64,000 nt of DNA from NCBI GenBank assembly GCA_002633005.1, contig NMRA01000180.1, forward strand, positions 257,037-321,036, read 5' to 3'. The position numbers and the translations under genes were made by a program. Positions 24,976 to 38,646 of the stretch are shown piece by piece. The notes beneath the pieces were generated by a model. The model ran no database searches and was not told where the DNA came from. It was given only the letters and a program-made list of their open reading frames with translations. This DNA is from Phoronis australis (Eukaryota; Animalia; Phoronida). Within the stretch, counting starts at the first letter, position 1, and each line of letters starts with the position of its first letter.

Positions 24976-26555
24976 GAACGCTGTGCTGCAACTGATCGTG
25001 GTGTACATAATGCACACGGCGACTCATTAACGTTGGCGATGAATGACCAGGATTGAGAAGTAGCTAGTGTAAAATTGGCTAGGATCGAAATTTTATCCGC
25101 TGCAATTTAAACTTGGCAATGACGTCGCCGGGCGTGGAATCGCAGCAGGTGGCGAAAACCTACCGGAGTTACTTCTTATGCAATTACACGTACATCGTGG
25201 GATTCCTCTAATGCCGCATTTCTTCTGTGCTGTGGAAATGCAGCGGCCTGACTAATCATTATTAAATCTTTACGAGAATATAAATCCGAAGTTAACTAGT
25301 CATTCTGGGTACAACAGAGTGCAGTCTCGATATTATATTTGCCTGGATAAACAGAGACCCTTATTCAATAGCGTTAGATCGTGGCAACCGAGTATTTTCT
25401 TGGCATTCCCACTGACAGGTCTAGAAAAGGCATATCACGTCGGGCATTAGGCGAGACTTTTTTACAAAGCCATGTGCAAATTTTCCGAGTTGTGAACAAA
25501 TTTGCATTCGTCGATAGTTAAACAAACAGAATACAACATGCTAGACTCGTCTTTCATTGTTTTCATGTCGGGTATTACACGTACCTAAGCACGTGCAGCA
25601 CGCATGCAAGAATTAATTGGAATTTTATTTTGAATCCCGCTGTTCGTACGTGTTTTGTCTTGAGCAAAAAGTAAATAAAGTCTACTGAAGCAAATGGCAT
25701 TGACTATTATGTGGCATTGACTATTATGTGGCATTGTTTAAGTTATGACTTGGAATTATGTGCTGGCCAGGTATCTCAGAAGCGCAAAAAATCAATCGTT
25801 GATTCAGTTCTGCACGGGCACGGTTTGCGCATTGTGGCTTGTGTTTTTGCGGATAAAAGACTGTGTATTTTGGAAAGCATGCATTAAACACCTCAGAAAA
25901 TAGTCGAGTCATTGGTTTGGGTTGGTTTTGTAGAGGACTATTGAGTTTTATTGAAGTTAAGTAATTGTGACCAATGTTTGGACAAGGAGTGAGGGATGAA
26001 TGCTGGCTGGGAGCTCTTTTCAGTGCCTTTTGATTACACTGGGCTCGCTAAATCAATACGCAATAAAGCAGTGTCGATAAGGGAGACTTCGCGCAGATCT
26101 TGCCGTCGATAGGATGAACTACTAGCCAATCGAGTTGTCAGTATCAAACGGTCTAGCTCGGTGGACAGTCGTGGATGTTTAACTATGGCGTAAGTCTCGG
26201 CAAACATTCCCGAGCCACAGAAGATCAGTGAAGTATGACGTTTGGACGCGCTGTCTTCTTGTAACAACTTAACAAAGACAACTCGCTAAAACGGGATTAC
26301 ATTGTTAGAACCAACCAAGCAACAAACCGCTACCGTGGTCTTTTCAAGCGTGAACGAGGAAGGTATAAACCGTAAACGGAGACGACGATTGGTCATTGAT
26401 ATTTACCTGTCGGCAGACGAAGTTTTGGATCTATACATTTGTGTACATAATGTATGTTTATTGAATGGATAGTAATGTTCTCTAACGGATGTTAATGTCT
26501 ACGGAAAATGGCCGTTTTCGTTGAGATTCTTTATTTGGAATACATTTAAAATCCA

Positions 26556-27539
26556 ATGGGGATGCAAGAACCACAGTTCACTTCAAATAGTCACAGACTA
26601 GACAAGAGCGATGTAGCCGGTGTTCTGCCGCCGCCGAATCGACTGCCGCTGTACCCCGTGTCTAGCTTTCCTGCTGGACCTATCAGTCGGTCAGACAATG
26701 TATTTGATTCTCGCAGAATGAGCGCACCGGAGTTGCCACCAATTGCCTCGCATCGTTCGCTTTCGTCTCCTTCCTATGCCAACAGAGGTATGCGCTCGCC
26801 AACCATCAGGGTTGAGCAGGAGAAAGTATTTTCAAGAAACACTCGCAGTGGGCCAAACTCTCCTGCCCATAGCCCAGAGAATACCCCCAGATCGTCCTTG
26901 TCGCTTTCAGGACATTTTGCGGCGTCGGCACGCTCGACGTCGCGTTCTGTTGGCGATCTAACGCGCGCTAAATCATGGTGCGCTACAGAGCACAACAATG
27001 GACCCAATCCGAAATTGGAAACGCTCTTCGAAATCAACAACAATTCAAGAAAGCCAATAAGAGTGGCGAAAACGGACGAAAAACGACATTCCACATCTAC
27101 TGACTCTAACCGAAAAACTAGTCCATGGCGGAAAAGCTCGGGGCATTTGGAGATTGTTGGGAGAAATAGTCCAAAAGCACAGGCTGATTCACCGGCAAAT
27201 CGACGGGGTGCTCGAAAAAATAGCCGGACACGGCATCACTCCGACGGTCATAGTTTTAAGACTCTCAGCGAAACCACAAAGCCAACTGCAAACGATCCGT
27301 CAAAAGGAGATGTCAGTTTGAACTTGAATCGTAAAAACTTGGAAGAAGTGAGCAAACAAAATGGCTACTGCACGTGCGAAGAGTGTGATACGGATAGTTC
27401 TGATGTGGACAAAGGAAGGATTATTCAGTGGTTGATAGGGATTGAAAGCAGTGGAGAAACGCCACCGCCGCCAATCGAAATCAGTGAACAGCCGGAGAAA
27501 ACTGATACGGCTATTCACATCATCTATGAGGGAGACTGA
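26556..27539 (+). CDS. Intronless uncharacterised 327-aa protein: Ser/Pro/Arg-rich disordered body with an ordered C-terminal motif
   Basis: 984-nt ATG-to-TGA ORF with raised GC and many SP motifs; ends DKGRIIQWLIGIE...TDTAIHIIYEGD; AT-rich 3' UTR with AATAAA near 28456 and 28995. Confidence 0.85.
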   Translation: MGMQEPQFTSNSHRLDKSDVAGVLPPPNRLPLYPVSSFPAGPISRSDNVFDSRRMSAPELPPIASHRSLSSPSYANRGMRSPTIRVEQEKVFSRNTRSGPNSPAHSPENTPRSSLSLSGHFAASARSTSRSVGDLTRAKSWCATEHNNGPNPKLETLFEINNNSRKPIRVAKTDEKRHSTSTDSNRKTSPWRKSSGHLEIVGRNSPKAQADSPANRRGARKNSRTRHHSDGHSFKTLSETTKPTANDPSKGDVSLNLNRKNLEEVSKQNGYCTCEECDTDSSDVDKGRIIQWLIGIESSGETPPPPIEISEQPEKTDTAIHIIYEGD

Positions 27540-30500
27540 TGAAGGTTGCTCTAGTAACCCTTCGAAACGTCATCTTGTGTGTAGCTACATGGCTGCAACG
27601 ATCACCATCATTGTGCTACTAAGTTAGAATTATGTCATTTTTATTCAAAGTTCAGTCACGGTGCAGATAACTCACTTCAAGACTGTGTGTTCTATAAAAA
27701 TTGAAAGCCTAAGTAAACAGGTTTGAGGGACTATGGTTTTGGGAAAGTTTTAACGAGTTTTATCTACCAAAATATGTAACCAGTGCTTCGTCATTTTATG
27801 TGTTAACGTCTGTGCTATAAAATGCTCCCAACAAGTGCTGTAGTAGAATTGAGTGGAATTTATCCTAATTTATACAAAGTATTTTTTTCATTGGTCACTA
27901 AAGTATTGTATGCATATTCCTCGCTGGCGAGGTGATCATTTAAAATGCACAAAATGTAATTAGGGAATCATTGTTTTCTCTTTTGCTGCCATAGAAGGGT
28001 ATGTTCAACTCGGCTCATAATTCATAAACCACTTATCACTGCTAGATATGAACACGAAATGAATTATGATAACGGTTCATTTACTCGAGTCATCTGATTT
28101 ACTGTAGGACTGACCCTTTCGCCCAAGCCAAATACGCTATTCACAATTTCTTAAAACTGTGCAAATACGCGTTCACAAGGCTTCGTTTTTGCTGTTGACG
28201 TATTGCTAAGAGCTCGTATCCAAGTTCATATTTCCTTTCATTGACATAGGAAATTTTTCAATTTAGAGGTGCGCATGATATCTTCTCAGCGCAGTAGTCA
28301 TTTGTCTCTGTTCAGGACTCCATCATCGCTTACAAATGTCTGATTACTCAACTTTTATCTTCTGATTTAATGTAACTAAATTTGAACTGGACAATTCGAA
28401 AATATATTTTCTTTTTTTACATAAGCACTGGAACGAAGGGATCTGATGCATTTGAAATAAAGCAAAATTCGAATTTAGTCACTAGTTCTCATTGTTCTTT
28501 TTGCCGCGGATTGCATTTACCGTCATAATCTGACACCGGTGATTTTACTTAGCATAGCATATCATACATGTCGCACTTTTTTATTCAACAATAGCAAAAT
28601 AAGTAGGGCGTTTCATCTATTTCTGTGCCTGCTCGAGCCATTAACAGATAGGTCTTTATCTTAACTACTAGTATTTCATCTATTGAACCATTGTGCATCA
28701 GGATATTGACCTTGAGTAGCCATTATGGATGATTTGATTGTGAAATTTTTGTCAATGCACTTTTAGTTACTGTATCCAGCAGCTTGTTCAAGTCATTCGT
28801 CTCGATCAATGCAGAAGTTACGACGTGTACGAAACTATTAAACTGTTGGCAAGTTAGCAAATGCATAAGTGGAGATATAAGTTACATTTCTGTGAAATTT
28901 TTGGTTGCATTCGTAGCTATTTGTCTTGCTGCATTTCCTGAAGCACTCCGCTGTTTGATCGAGAGGGCGCGAGAAGGAAGTAATTAAAAGAATAATAAAT
29001 CTAGGAAAACTAATTTTCTTGTCTGTGAGGCATAAATCAAGAGGCTTCCTTCAGCATGTTTATGTGCTCTCTCGAGGTTATATCTAATCATTTGAAGTTA
29101 CTCTCAATGATAAGTTAATTTCGCTACCTGTGCTACCAGGAGGAATCGACACTTAGGTGATAAAATGTATTCCCACATTGAACTGCAACCTCCAGAACGT
29201 ACATTTGCCACTTGTCCACATTGCTGAATTAAAACTAAATATTAAAACAACTGAAATTGCCTGAGGGAAAACATAAAAAGGGCTGTTGTTTTTTTCAGTA
29301 AGTGACAAATTGGGCATTGGGTTTTGTTTACTTGAAAGTTACACGATTTCCGGATTTGCAATAAGATTAACCGTATTTGTGGCTGTGACGTCATGTCAGT
29401 ATTTATGTTCGCTGGTGTTGAATAGGTGGTATTGTGCGGAATGGGACACGCGCTGTGTACGCGAGCATGTAATATATTTCGAGATTTCTTTATTGAAGTG
29501 CCGTTTAAATGACTGTCAAAACTGCACCGTTGTACCTTTCTCATTTGGAAGAAAACAGTAATCGATTCGACTTAGCAACCCCTTAGGTTTAAATAGCTTC
29601 GACGCTTGCGCCTCATCCAGCGCATATTCAGTCACTAGTACCACAAAAATAAAACTGTTTCCAAAAAATGAGCCGATGATATGAGAAGTGAAAAATCACA
29701 AAACCCGGGGGCTGCTTTGACCCGAGGCCTTATTACAATCCCTGTGTAGCCAATTGAATCTGTCAATATCATTTTTGTGTTCGCACAGTCTTCAATATTT
29801 ACTATTGTTAATTAGTAAAGAATCGTGAAAGAATTAATTATATTTTGATATTCAATAACATCTCAATGGTGTTGAATGTTTCTTTTCAGTTTGGTATGGC
29901 GGTGGTTGATTCAACCGGGCTCCGTTTTTTTTTTGTTCCTCATTGTCCTTTACATAAATCACGGTGTATACGGTTCGATTACGAGAAATGGTCAATGCCC
30001 TCGGCTTTTAAACGTATAGAAATAATTCTAAAAAGGGTTCATTTAATGCTGATTGAAATTATATTCCATATCCTTATACGAGTTTAACATTGCATTTAGT
30101 AGCACTGAACATAGATTTTATCGACTCGTTTTGTTCTTTGTTCTTTTTTGGTGCGGATTTTCTTGATTTGGCAGCCTTGCCACTGGTACGAAGACATGAA
30201 ACGCTAAAAATTTGCGTATAATATAGATTTGAATAAGAACAGTGTCTCTTTTGACAATTTTACCTGCGTGGCAAATTCGTTTACAAAGGTAGACTTTTGC
30301 ATGAGGTATTCTTTTTTAGGTCTATCCATCTCTCTAGTGATCGTTGCGTATGGCTTGGATATAAATAACGGGAAATTCAAACAAAATTTATCGCTTTGCA
30401 TTCTGGCGCCTATGCTGAACCGAAATCAAACTTTTCTACACGGTCAACAGTCGGTCAACCCCAGAACATTTGTATGACTCAGTCCTGGTATAGAGCCTCT

Positions 30501-31041
30501 AAAACGAAAGTCGTATGAAATTAACGTTACCGTGTGCTCACGTCGGCGTTGTTTTGACCGATTAACCCAATAAACAAAAACACATTTAGAGGCTACGTAG
30601 GCGCTGGTTTTATATTATCGCTCTGTATACTGTAGTCGCTGATCTGTTCAATGAAAAAGTCAATAGAAAATCCGTTATGACACGATTTCCAAGGAGCATT
30701 TTAACATCGATTTGTTCACGTTCATTCAATGGATTTTCAGTGCCGTGGGTAAGCACAAATTGGTTTTGTTAGTACGCAGTTGTTTTGTCACCGTTAGTAA
30801 TTCCTTCGCCTCAGGATTCCATGCCGGGGATGGCGGAAGTGCTTGGTAAAATACTGAAAATGTATGATGACCTATGCACTAATGACGTATCTCGCAGGCA
30901 CGCGTTTTTCCCCAGCACCACGCCTCGGTACTTACTGGACCCGGACCAGTGATTTCGCCACAAAACTCGTTCTTACGCACCACTTTATATTCACATCGTT
31001 CAACATGCTATACCAGTTTTTAATTCATTTGGCCAAATAAT

Positions 31042-31196
31042 CAGGGTCTAGTTGCATAAAAGTTTTCGCCGTATAGCAGCAATGACGTCGCATTATCACG
31101 TGTCACGTTGTTATTGTTGAACTATGCACCTGATGTCATGCAACAGTCAAACTTATCCAGCGGATAATTTTTGAAGCTTTATGCAACTCAGCCCAG
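31042..31196 (+). mobile_element. PIF/Harbinger-like MITE (~150 bp)
   Basis: GGGTCTAGTTGCATAAAAG...CTTTATGCAACTCAGCCC TIRs; inverted second copy at 41404-41556. Confidence 0.75.
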
Positions 31197-33760
31197 AAGT
31201 ATAAATGATTCACATTCTAATTGCATTTAATCCTTGTATTCTAATTAAGACGAACGACAAACGAATACGAAATGTTTCCTTTTTATCCCATCATCGTAAA
31301 CTACAAGCAGAAATGTAAAATGTAACCCGACAATAGAGAACGCAAGAACAGGTGGACATTTACTTTTAAAAAAAAACAGAAACATTGTTAATATCACATC
31401 CGGATTACATAATAAGATAATGCACGTATATTTTGGCCTCGGACATGCGTTTATCAGTGGATCTTCATTAATAACCAGGCGTTTATCAGCAACATCAAGA
31501 ATGCAAGATATAAAAACAAGAAAACAAGCTCCAATCAAGATGATTTCACGTCAGTTACTATCATCGCTGGTGTAATTTATGTAACACAGTCTTCTCACAT
31601 TCGGACTATGGAGTAATCAAGGGCAGAACTCAACAGTCACTTGACTTGAGACATCGTTCCCCTTGAGAGGTGTCAACAGGCGCTCTTTGGATTGAGGTCA
31701 GCGCGTATGATGAGGAAATACTGAAAATACAATGTTGAGGCATTGAAAAGTTGTTGGTAACAGTGGTTATATTTATGATGTCGATGAGCACGACGATGAC
31801 GATGAGCGATGATGATGACGACGACAATAGCGGAGAGAGAAAAATTATTTTAGGCAGTTAAATGCATACTTATATAAATGGTCGGGGCGATGTTCAAAAG
31901 GGGGACACGCTGCTGTCACCATTCCATCGTACAAAGATAAAAATACACAAAGTTTAATTGAGGATGACGGTGACGAGGACGACGAAGATGACAATGAAAC
32001 TTATAACCACGACGACAATGATATGAAGACGTCACTTTTGCTTAACTCAATCCAAAACTGAGATCATATCAACCTACATTTTCATTTCGAAAAATTCCAT
32101 GCAAGGACGAACAGTTGTGTGTGTGAATGCATTGCATAATTTTATCTTGGGCAAACTCATCTGAAATGATGAGACTAGCACTCTAAGTCTGCGTGGAGAC
32201 TAAAGGAGATAATCGCCCGATTACCAAACAAACCAAGCTCTTCATACGTTTGCGTCATTGCAGAAAACAAATAATGCAAATTTACCCGAGCGATGATGAT
32301 TGATTAGTGTGTGTCATGGATCTAAAACACAAGAGTTTTATCACATCATTGACATAGATTAAGCTCTGCTTATGTCTTAAGAGGGCTTGACCAAATTAGT
32401 GGCCGTGGAAAATGAATGTGAATTACTAAGGTCATCGTCTTTGACCTTAAACACACACCTGAAGATATACATGTAGTAATAGCTTCGCACCGTTTTGCTG
32501 CCCCTGCACTTGGGTTGCGTTCCGTAGAAACCAGGAACTCGCAAAAACGCAAGATCGAGAAAGTCTTCGCCGCGAGATATCGATATACATTAGAAGCGAA
32601 GCACGTGATCACACTAAGTTTTCTCTTGTCTTGTGTTTCTGGAACGCTTCCCTAAGTAAGATTCTCGCTTCCAATACATAGTGAAATATCGCGCGAAGTC
32701 TTGCGAAACTCGAGAGAACGCAAGATCAGAAGTGCTTACTAGTTGATTTAATATAGCGCTTAGTCCGAAAATTTTCGAATGATTTCGGCCAGAGTAGGCG
32801 GCAGGATAATACAAAACTCCGTTTTTCAAAATGTCCAAATCCGCGTTGAAGACCCAATAAGGCCAAAAAAGCATGCATAGTTCTGCTCCATGATTTTTTG
32901 AAAATTGAGTCGGGAGTGCGGTATGTTTTTAATTGCTCACTGTTTCACGTTAGGACGAACAAAATGAAGTGATAATTGCTATTTTACTCATCGCTTGGCA
33001 AACCATAGCGTTTCGTAGCGTGATTACCCTTTAATTCTTACGTTCTTTTGTGCAGCTTTTCAAAAGTACGTGGCCTTGCCTGAAATTGATGCGTTGAACA
33101 TAGGTTTCAAAATGAGGTAAAGATCAGAAGCAGTTACGTTTATGCATTTGTATCCTAAGCTGACAGTTACAATTGCTCACCTATGCAATTTTGCGGCCGG
33201 GTTCATTACTAGCGTACCGTTATGTGGAGCGCCACAAGCCTGAAGTCACGTGGTTTAATTACTTGCATGCCGAGGTAGAAAAGTGATCGTATCACCCGAG
33301 TGTCAGGCGTTTACGGGAGTGAGATTATTGGCAACGTCGGATGGGCGTGGATGACGGTCAAAAAGCAATTAATCGGCCATTGCATCATCACGCAAAGTTA
33401 AAATTTGTTGATAATTGCTGCCTGATTTTCTCACGTATTTCACTTTATATTTACAATTAATATTCCGCGTCTACAGATCATAAGATGTTTTTGGTCTTCG
33501 GCCGACAATGAAATTTGGTCCTGTTATTGGCGCCAAACTTAATCCTTGTTTTGTTAAATCTTACGACACCCAAATGATTGTAGTTTGGTGTTGTCAAAAA
33601 CCAAATTCTGCAGACTTTCACTTTCAGAAAATGTTCGTTTTCACTTAGTTAAAATCAGTGCGTTGCAGACTGTTGGTTAAATCCACAGTATTGTCGATTA
33701 GGCCATAAATTACTTTAACGCTAGAAATATTCACGCTGGTCGTTGTACACTTGTCATTTT

Positions 33761-33878
33761 ACGCTCGTTGTTTTACGCTCGTAGTATCACGCTCGTAGTG
33801 TCACGCTCGTAGTGTCACGCTCGTAGTGTCACGCTCGTAGTGTCACGCTCGTAGTGTCACGCTCGTAGTTTTACGCTT
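33761..33878. repeat. 14-bp minisatellite (ACGCTCGTAGTGTC) x8 within a ~500-bp field of degenerate ACGCTCGT/ACGAGCGT motifs
   Basis: Units start at 33761, 33775 ... 33859; the motif continues in both orientations to ~34230. Confidence 0.9.
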
Positions 33879-36647
33879 ATCCTTTACGCTAGTTGATTTG
33901 CGAGCGTGATTAACCAGCGTAATTTCACGAGCGTTCAAAGTTTTAAAGCCGATATGACCTGCAAACTAATCTCCTATTGGACAAAACTATCACACTCGTA
34001 AAACACGGGCGTGAAAGTGTCTTGACGCCGATATGTTACTTCTAGCGGACAACGACATTCGTTGTTTTACTATCGTCGTCTTACGCTTGTTTACGTTCGT
34101 CGTTTTACGCTCGTACGTTACGAGCGTTAAACAAGTCGGGTGCACGGGTGTTTCAACGAGAGTAAATTATACTAGGAGCGTGCAACGCTCGTGTCTTTAC
34201 GGTAATTTATGAGCGTAATTTACGGGCGATACTTTCCCACCTGAAGCCCAACGATAAGGGTTTGCCATCTCTTTAGACGTCCTATCTACCTTCACATCTG
34301 AACTCGGTGCAGTTGACAGGACAGTAGAGGTGCGACGGATCATAACGTACAAAGTACCTTGGCCATCAAGCAACTTGGAAGTCCATCTAGCTTTAGTTGA
34401 GGTCCGTTTCACCTAAGAAAATTTTGTTTCTACTTGATTCACTATCATCCATACACGTGTTTCAGAGCTAGAATGCTCCAAACTTCTTGAATGTGTAATA
34501 CCAAAGAAGATTGAGGATGGCCCTACAGTGAACAGGAGAAGAAATAGATGACGACTAGGAGAGAATTAAGGACGACCTGCCCGACAAAGAATTGGGGCCA
34601 ACGTCTGTTAATCAAAATTTAGGTCTGCAACCATATTAGTTGACTTCATGCACGGGCCTGACTCCGGTGAATTTTCTGATGTGGCAAATCGAGCATACTA
34701 GCCTTGAAGAAGCGAATTTCCTGTTCGACTCCACAAGTATTGGTCACATTAGTCGTGAAAAACTAACTAGAATAGAAGCTATGGGAACGTCTTGGGGTAG
34801 CTATTGACGACGAGACTGATATTCGATAAAACAGAAGTCCTCGCATGCTGTAGGCATTTGCAGCACTTTATGGTAGTAATTAAATCAATAGTGTTTGTGT
34901 TCCTCATTGATCGACAAAGCTAAATTGACAATATAAACAGGATAAGAGGACTATTCGGAATGGTTTTTCTAATTCAGTGGCAAGGCTTTTCGGAGTAAGA
35001 TTTTTGTTTGAATTAGGCCTAATAAGTTCACACAAGGCGCGTTGTTTGAGTCATTTCGTTTTCGTTCGGCTCATAAATCTGTACGCTGTTAACATGACAC
35101 GTTGTCACCCTAAAGCGGCCGTTTTCGTAAATGCTCGTTAATGTCATTATCATTTTTTGTCATTTCAAATAGTGTCGTACTGTTAAATCTCATTTTATTT
35201 CATTTGGACAGCAGATATTCTGTTGAAAACGGCGTTCCATTTACATTGAACAATTACTATATTGTTAATTTTCTAAAATCTCCAACCTCTAGCCTACTTA
35301 CATTGGCACGACGTTTCGGTTTGTCATTTCTCTGGCCATCTCTAAGTGTTACAGCGTTCTTAGAAGAAATGGCCGACCGAAACGCCGAACATCGTTTTCA
35401 ACTTGAAGTTGGACTATAGGGTGCTGAGGGCTACAGCCCCCCCCCCCCCCCNNNNNNNNNNNNNNNNNNNNCTTTTTTCAGTGCTACGCCGCACATGGTC
35501 TATAGGTGGTGCGCCACAGGGGGGACTGGGGGGCTGCGCCGCCCATGATGTATCGCCGTTATCCATTCGAATCTAATAAATTGAATGCCATTGAATTTCA
35601 AAGACGCCAAGCAACCCCAGTTGAGAATATGCTGGCCTCCACAGTTTGACTTATTAAAAGGATACTAAACCCTGTTTTGACGATTTCAACCAATTCTCGT
35701 TCTGTCACCTTCTAATGCATCATTGGCGTCAATGATAACTGTTAAAAGTAGGAATCAACTAATAAATCATACTCTCTATGTCACAGATTGGACATTATGT
35801 TACTTGGTGGATGGTCTTTTCCCATAGCTACCGTGTAATTTGCTAAAAGCGTATGTCACGCGTCCCAAATTTTTGAGTGGTGTCGAGTGTTATTTTGTTG
35901 CAGTAAATTGGATGATAATGTCGTTTTTAGCATCTGTCAATAGACCAAAACCGGGTTTGGTGTCCTTTTAAGTGTCTTCGTACTTTTGTATTTAATACAA
36001 ACTGAGTTTTCAATTTATCACCGTTTCAAATGTGTTGGTAGAAATCAATTGGAAAATAAAAACACCTCGATAAAGCCTTAAAAATTCAGCAGAGTGAGCA
36101 GACACGTATTTTCAATAATCAGAACCAAATAGCATTTGGTGAGAGGAGACTGTAGTTCTGAATAAGTAAGAGCATCGTAAATGTAAAAATACTCTACCGC
36201 ACGTTCGCTGTGTTAGGGCACAGTACACGGTCTTAAATGGTGTTTTTCGTTGTTTTGGGTTTATTCGACGAGTGCTGAGTGGCCAAGGTGACACCGAAAA
36301 TCCGAATCATTCGCTTTGATCCTCGGTCAATTTCCAATCCAACCCAGTTAATTCTGCCCGCTAAAACACAGTCTTCTAACAAAGTCTACTCGGAAATCGG
36401 GAATTTCAAGGTAAAACAAACAGCTGTTGTTTCACAGGTACGTCGACAATCTTATGTGGAATTTCAAACGATTCACTCCTCACCAGAAAAAGGGTAATAA
36501 AAATGTGTGTTCAAACAAGATAAAGGGCGTTCACACTTGAACTGTTTACTCAGACATGTTCTTGAAGCATCTAACATAGCCAAACAGCATTGTGTTAGTT
36601 GAGTGCAGATTTGATGTCAAATGCAAGCATTCTATTTTTACTCAGAC

Positions 36648-36915
36648 CTGGGTCTGTTTCATGGAAAGTGACTTGTAAGTCTTAACACAGAAATTTGATA
36701 TGACGCTCCCACCCCACGATTGTCGAGTAAAGGTTTAATCGCGTAATTATTCACACATAAACTGCCTAGAAGCAATTTGTACATTTTGTAGTAGTCATGG
36801 GTATGCTCTCAGATACTTTATTTGTTTGCTCAAGTGAGTTTTAATTATGAATAGTTGTGTGGAGCGTTAAGATCCAATTTCTGTCTTAAGTCGCTTTTCA
36901 TGAAACGGACCCCTG
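36648..36915. mobile_element. PIF/Harbinger-like MITE
   Basis: GGGTCTGTTTCATGGAAAGTGACTT...AAGTCGCTTTTCATGAAACGGACCC TIRs with CTG flanks; related copy at 56562-56850. Confidence 0.7.
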
Positions 36916-37614
36916 TTGCGCAATGTTGCTAAGTGCACGCGCAAACCAGGGGAACCTTCTAAACGAAAGTTTTGATCGGTGTACGAAAGTCTTGGGGAGA
37001 CCAACTACCTGTACTTTTTGCGGTTTTAAAGCCGATAGTTTTAGCATCTTAGTTTTGTCTTTTAAGTTTCACATTTTAGAAACAAAATAATCTTGTTTCG
37101 AGGACAAATTAAGTTCTTATCCTGGAACATGAGGAATTATGATTCTTTATAATCTACATTACTGTATTAGCTACGGAAAACCTGGGATTTCCTGTCATAA
37201 AACTTTTTAGCCCAGGACGCTGCTGTCAAAATTGAAGACTTCTGAGCTTTTCACGGAATGTTGATATCTTCATTCTTCGTTGCCGAATTTTCCGGCTGAA
37301 TCGCGTTAACAAAAAAGCACTGAACCTTTCATAACTAGTACAATAAAGAAAAGGATTTCCTTCTCTAGTGTGAGAAAATATGATCACATGACTGCCAGTG
37401 TTAGTTTAATGCAATGAGCGTTGGTGCACGATCGTCTGCTAAAATAGAGGTAAAAGTGGGAGCTGCTTCATGGCATATATTAGATAAAGAGACCCTGTGG
37501 GAAGGCCGTTATATTCAAACATGTACATTGATGGGAGTTAGAATATTAAATTGTCTTTCCTCAGAATATCGCTGAGCNNNNNNNNNNNNNNNNNNNNNNN
37601 NNNNNNNNNNNNNN

Positions 37615-37983
37615 AGAAATTCCACGGGTGCTTCACTTCAGCCGTCCATAGCAAACATAAAACTCAATAAATTTACACAAAACAGAGGTTCAACAAACCA
37701 TGAAGAATTGTTCTTTCTCCCAATACCATTCACGGTGTCCTGTTCCGGCGACTTCGTAAGAAATTCGCAGTCAAAGAACAAAAATGTTCACAAAAAAACC
37801 CCGCGCACGTCCATCGGTTGCCGCTCGAGGTCAAGGACGGTACGGAAATTGCCGCCGGTGAGTTACGGAAGTACCGACATCGTGACTTTACGCGACCGAT
37901 GTCGGTACTTCCGTAACTCACCGGCAATTTCCGTACCGTATGTTTGCTATGGACGGCTGAAGTGAAGCACCTGTGGAATTTCT
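37615..37983. mobile_element. Fold-back/MITE with TIRs of at least 45 bp and an internal ~100-bp hairpin
   Basis: 37615-37659 is the reverse complement of 37939-37983 (1 mismatch); 37837-37882 pairs with 37897-37939. Confidence 0.8.
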
Positions 37984-38431
37984 GGTCGGAAGTGTCATAC
38001 CTTGTAGTATTATATGTAGTGTATTGGGGACGATCAGAAGCTGAGGACGCCTGTGATTACTACAAGCAAATACAACCGCTGTTACGTCACAAGTAGACTG
38101 TTGAGTATTTGGTCATTTTCTCAACACATATGACTCTCCCCGTCTAACACGCGCAGTTGGGAATAAACCGGTTAATCTCGAACGTAAATACTTAGAACAA
38201 ACCAGATGGCAGGTGGTTAATCAAATACTTCATATTCAATATAGATCAGATCAAGTCTTCGTGAGTAGTCTTCTTGTACCGGTTTTGAAAACATTTAATT
38301 TTCTCTTCAGTTGTATTTTCAATCCGTTCTTCTGTGCTACATTTAATATATAAGTGTTTTACGATAAATTTCGGCGCATTTTCCACTCTAATTAAGCTTC
38401 AAAGATTGTCAACGTGCGTCCAGGTGAGGGT

Positions 38432-38646
38432 TAGAGGCGGATCTACGGGAGGTTTAACCCCCCCCCCCGTGGAACAGGATCAAAAATAAAAAATTTAAAA
38501 AAACTTCGCCAGCAAAACGATATCATCTACAAAAACAAAAACAAATACACGGGAGCGGGTTTCCCTCATCTCGGCGCTACGCGCCTCGGATTCACGTGAA
38601 TCCTAACCTCTCCCCCCCTCTTACTGAAAACGTAGATCTTCCACTG
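38432..38646. mobile_element. hAT-like MITE with a 5-bp TSD (AGGGT)
   Basis: AGGGT|TAGAGGCGGATCTACG...CGTAGATCTTCCACTG|AGGGT. Confidence 0.6.

Noticed and set aside
26012-26027. Histone 3' stem-loop-like AGCTCTTTTCAGTGCC
   Set aside because: Two stem mismatches relative to GGCTCTTTTCAGAGCC and no histone ORF upstream
26743-27627. Alternative-frame and antisense ORFs overlapping the 327-aa gene
   Set aside because: Shadow ORFs of a GC-richer coding region
34241-34412. Minus-strand candidate exon (VKRTSTKARW...), plus similar ones at 31630-31720 and 9345-9617
   Set aside because: Splice-like ends but no recognisable domain or phase-consistent partner exons
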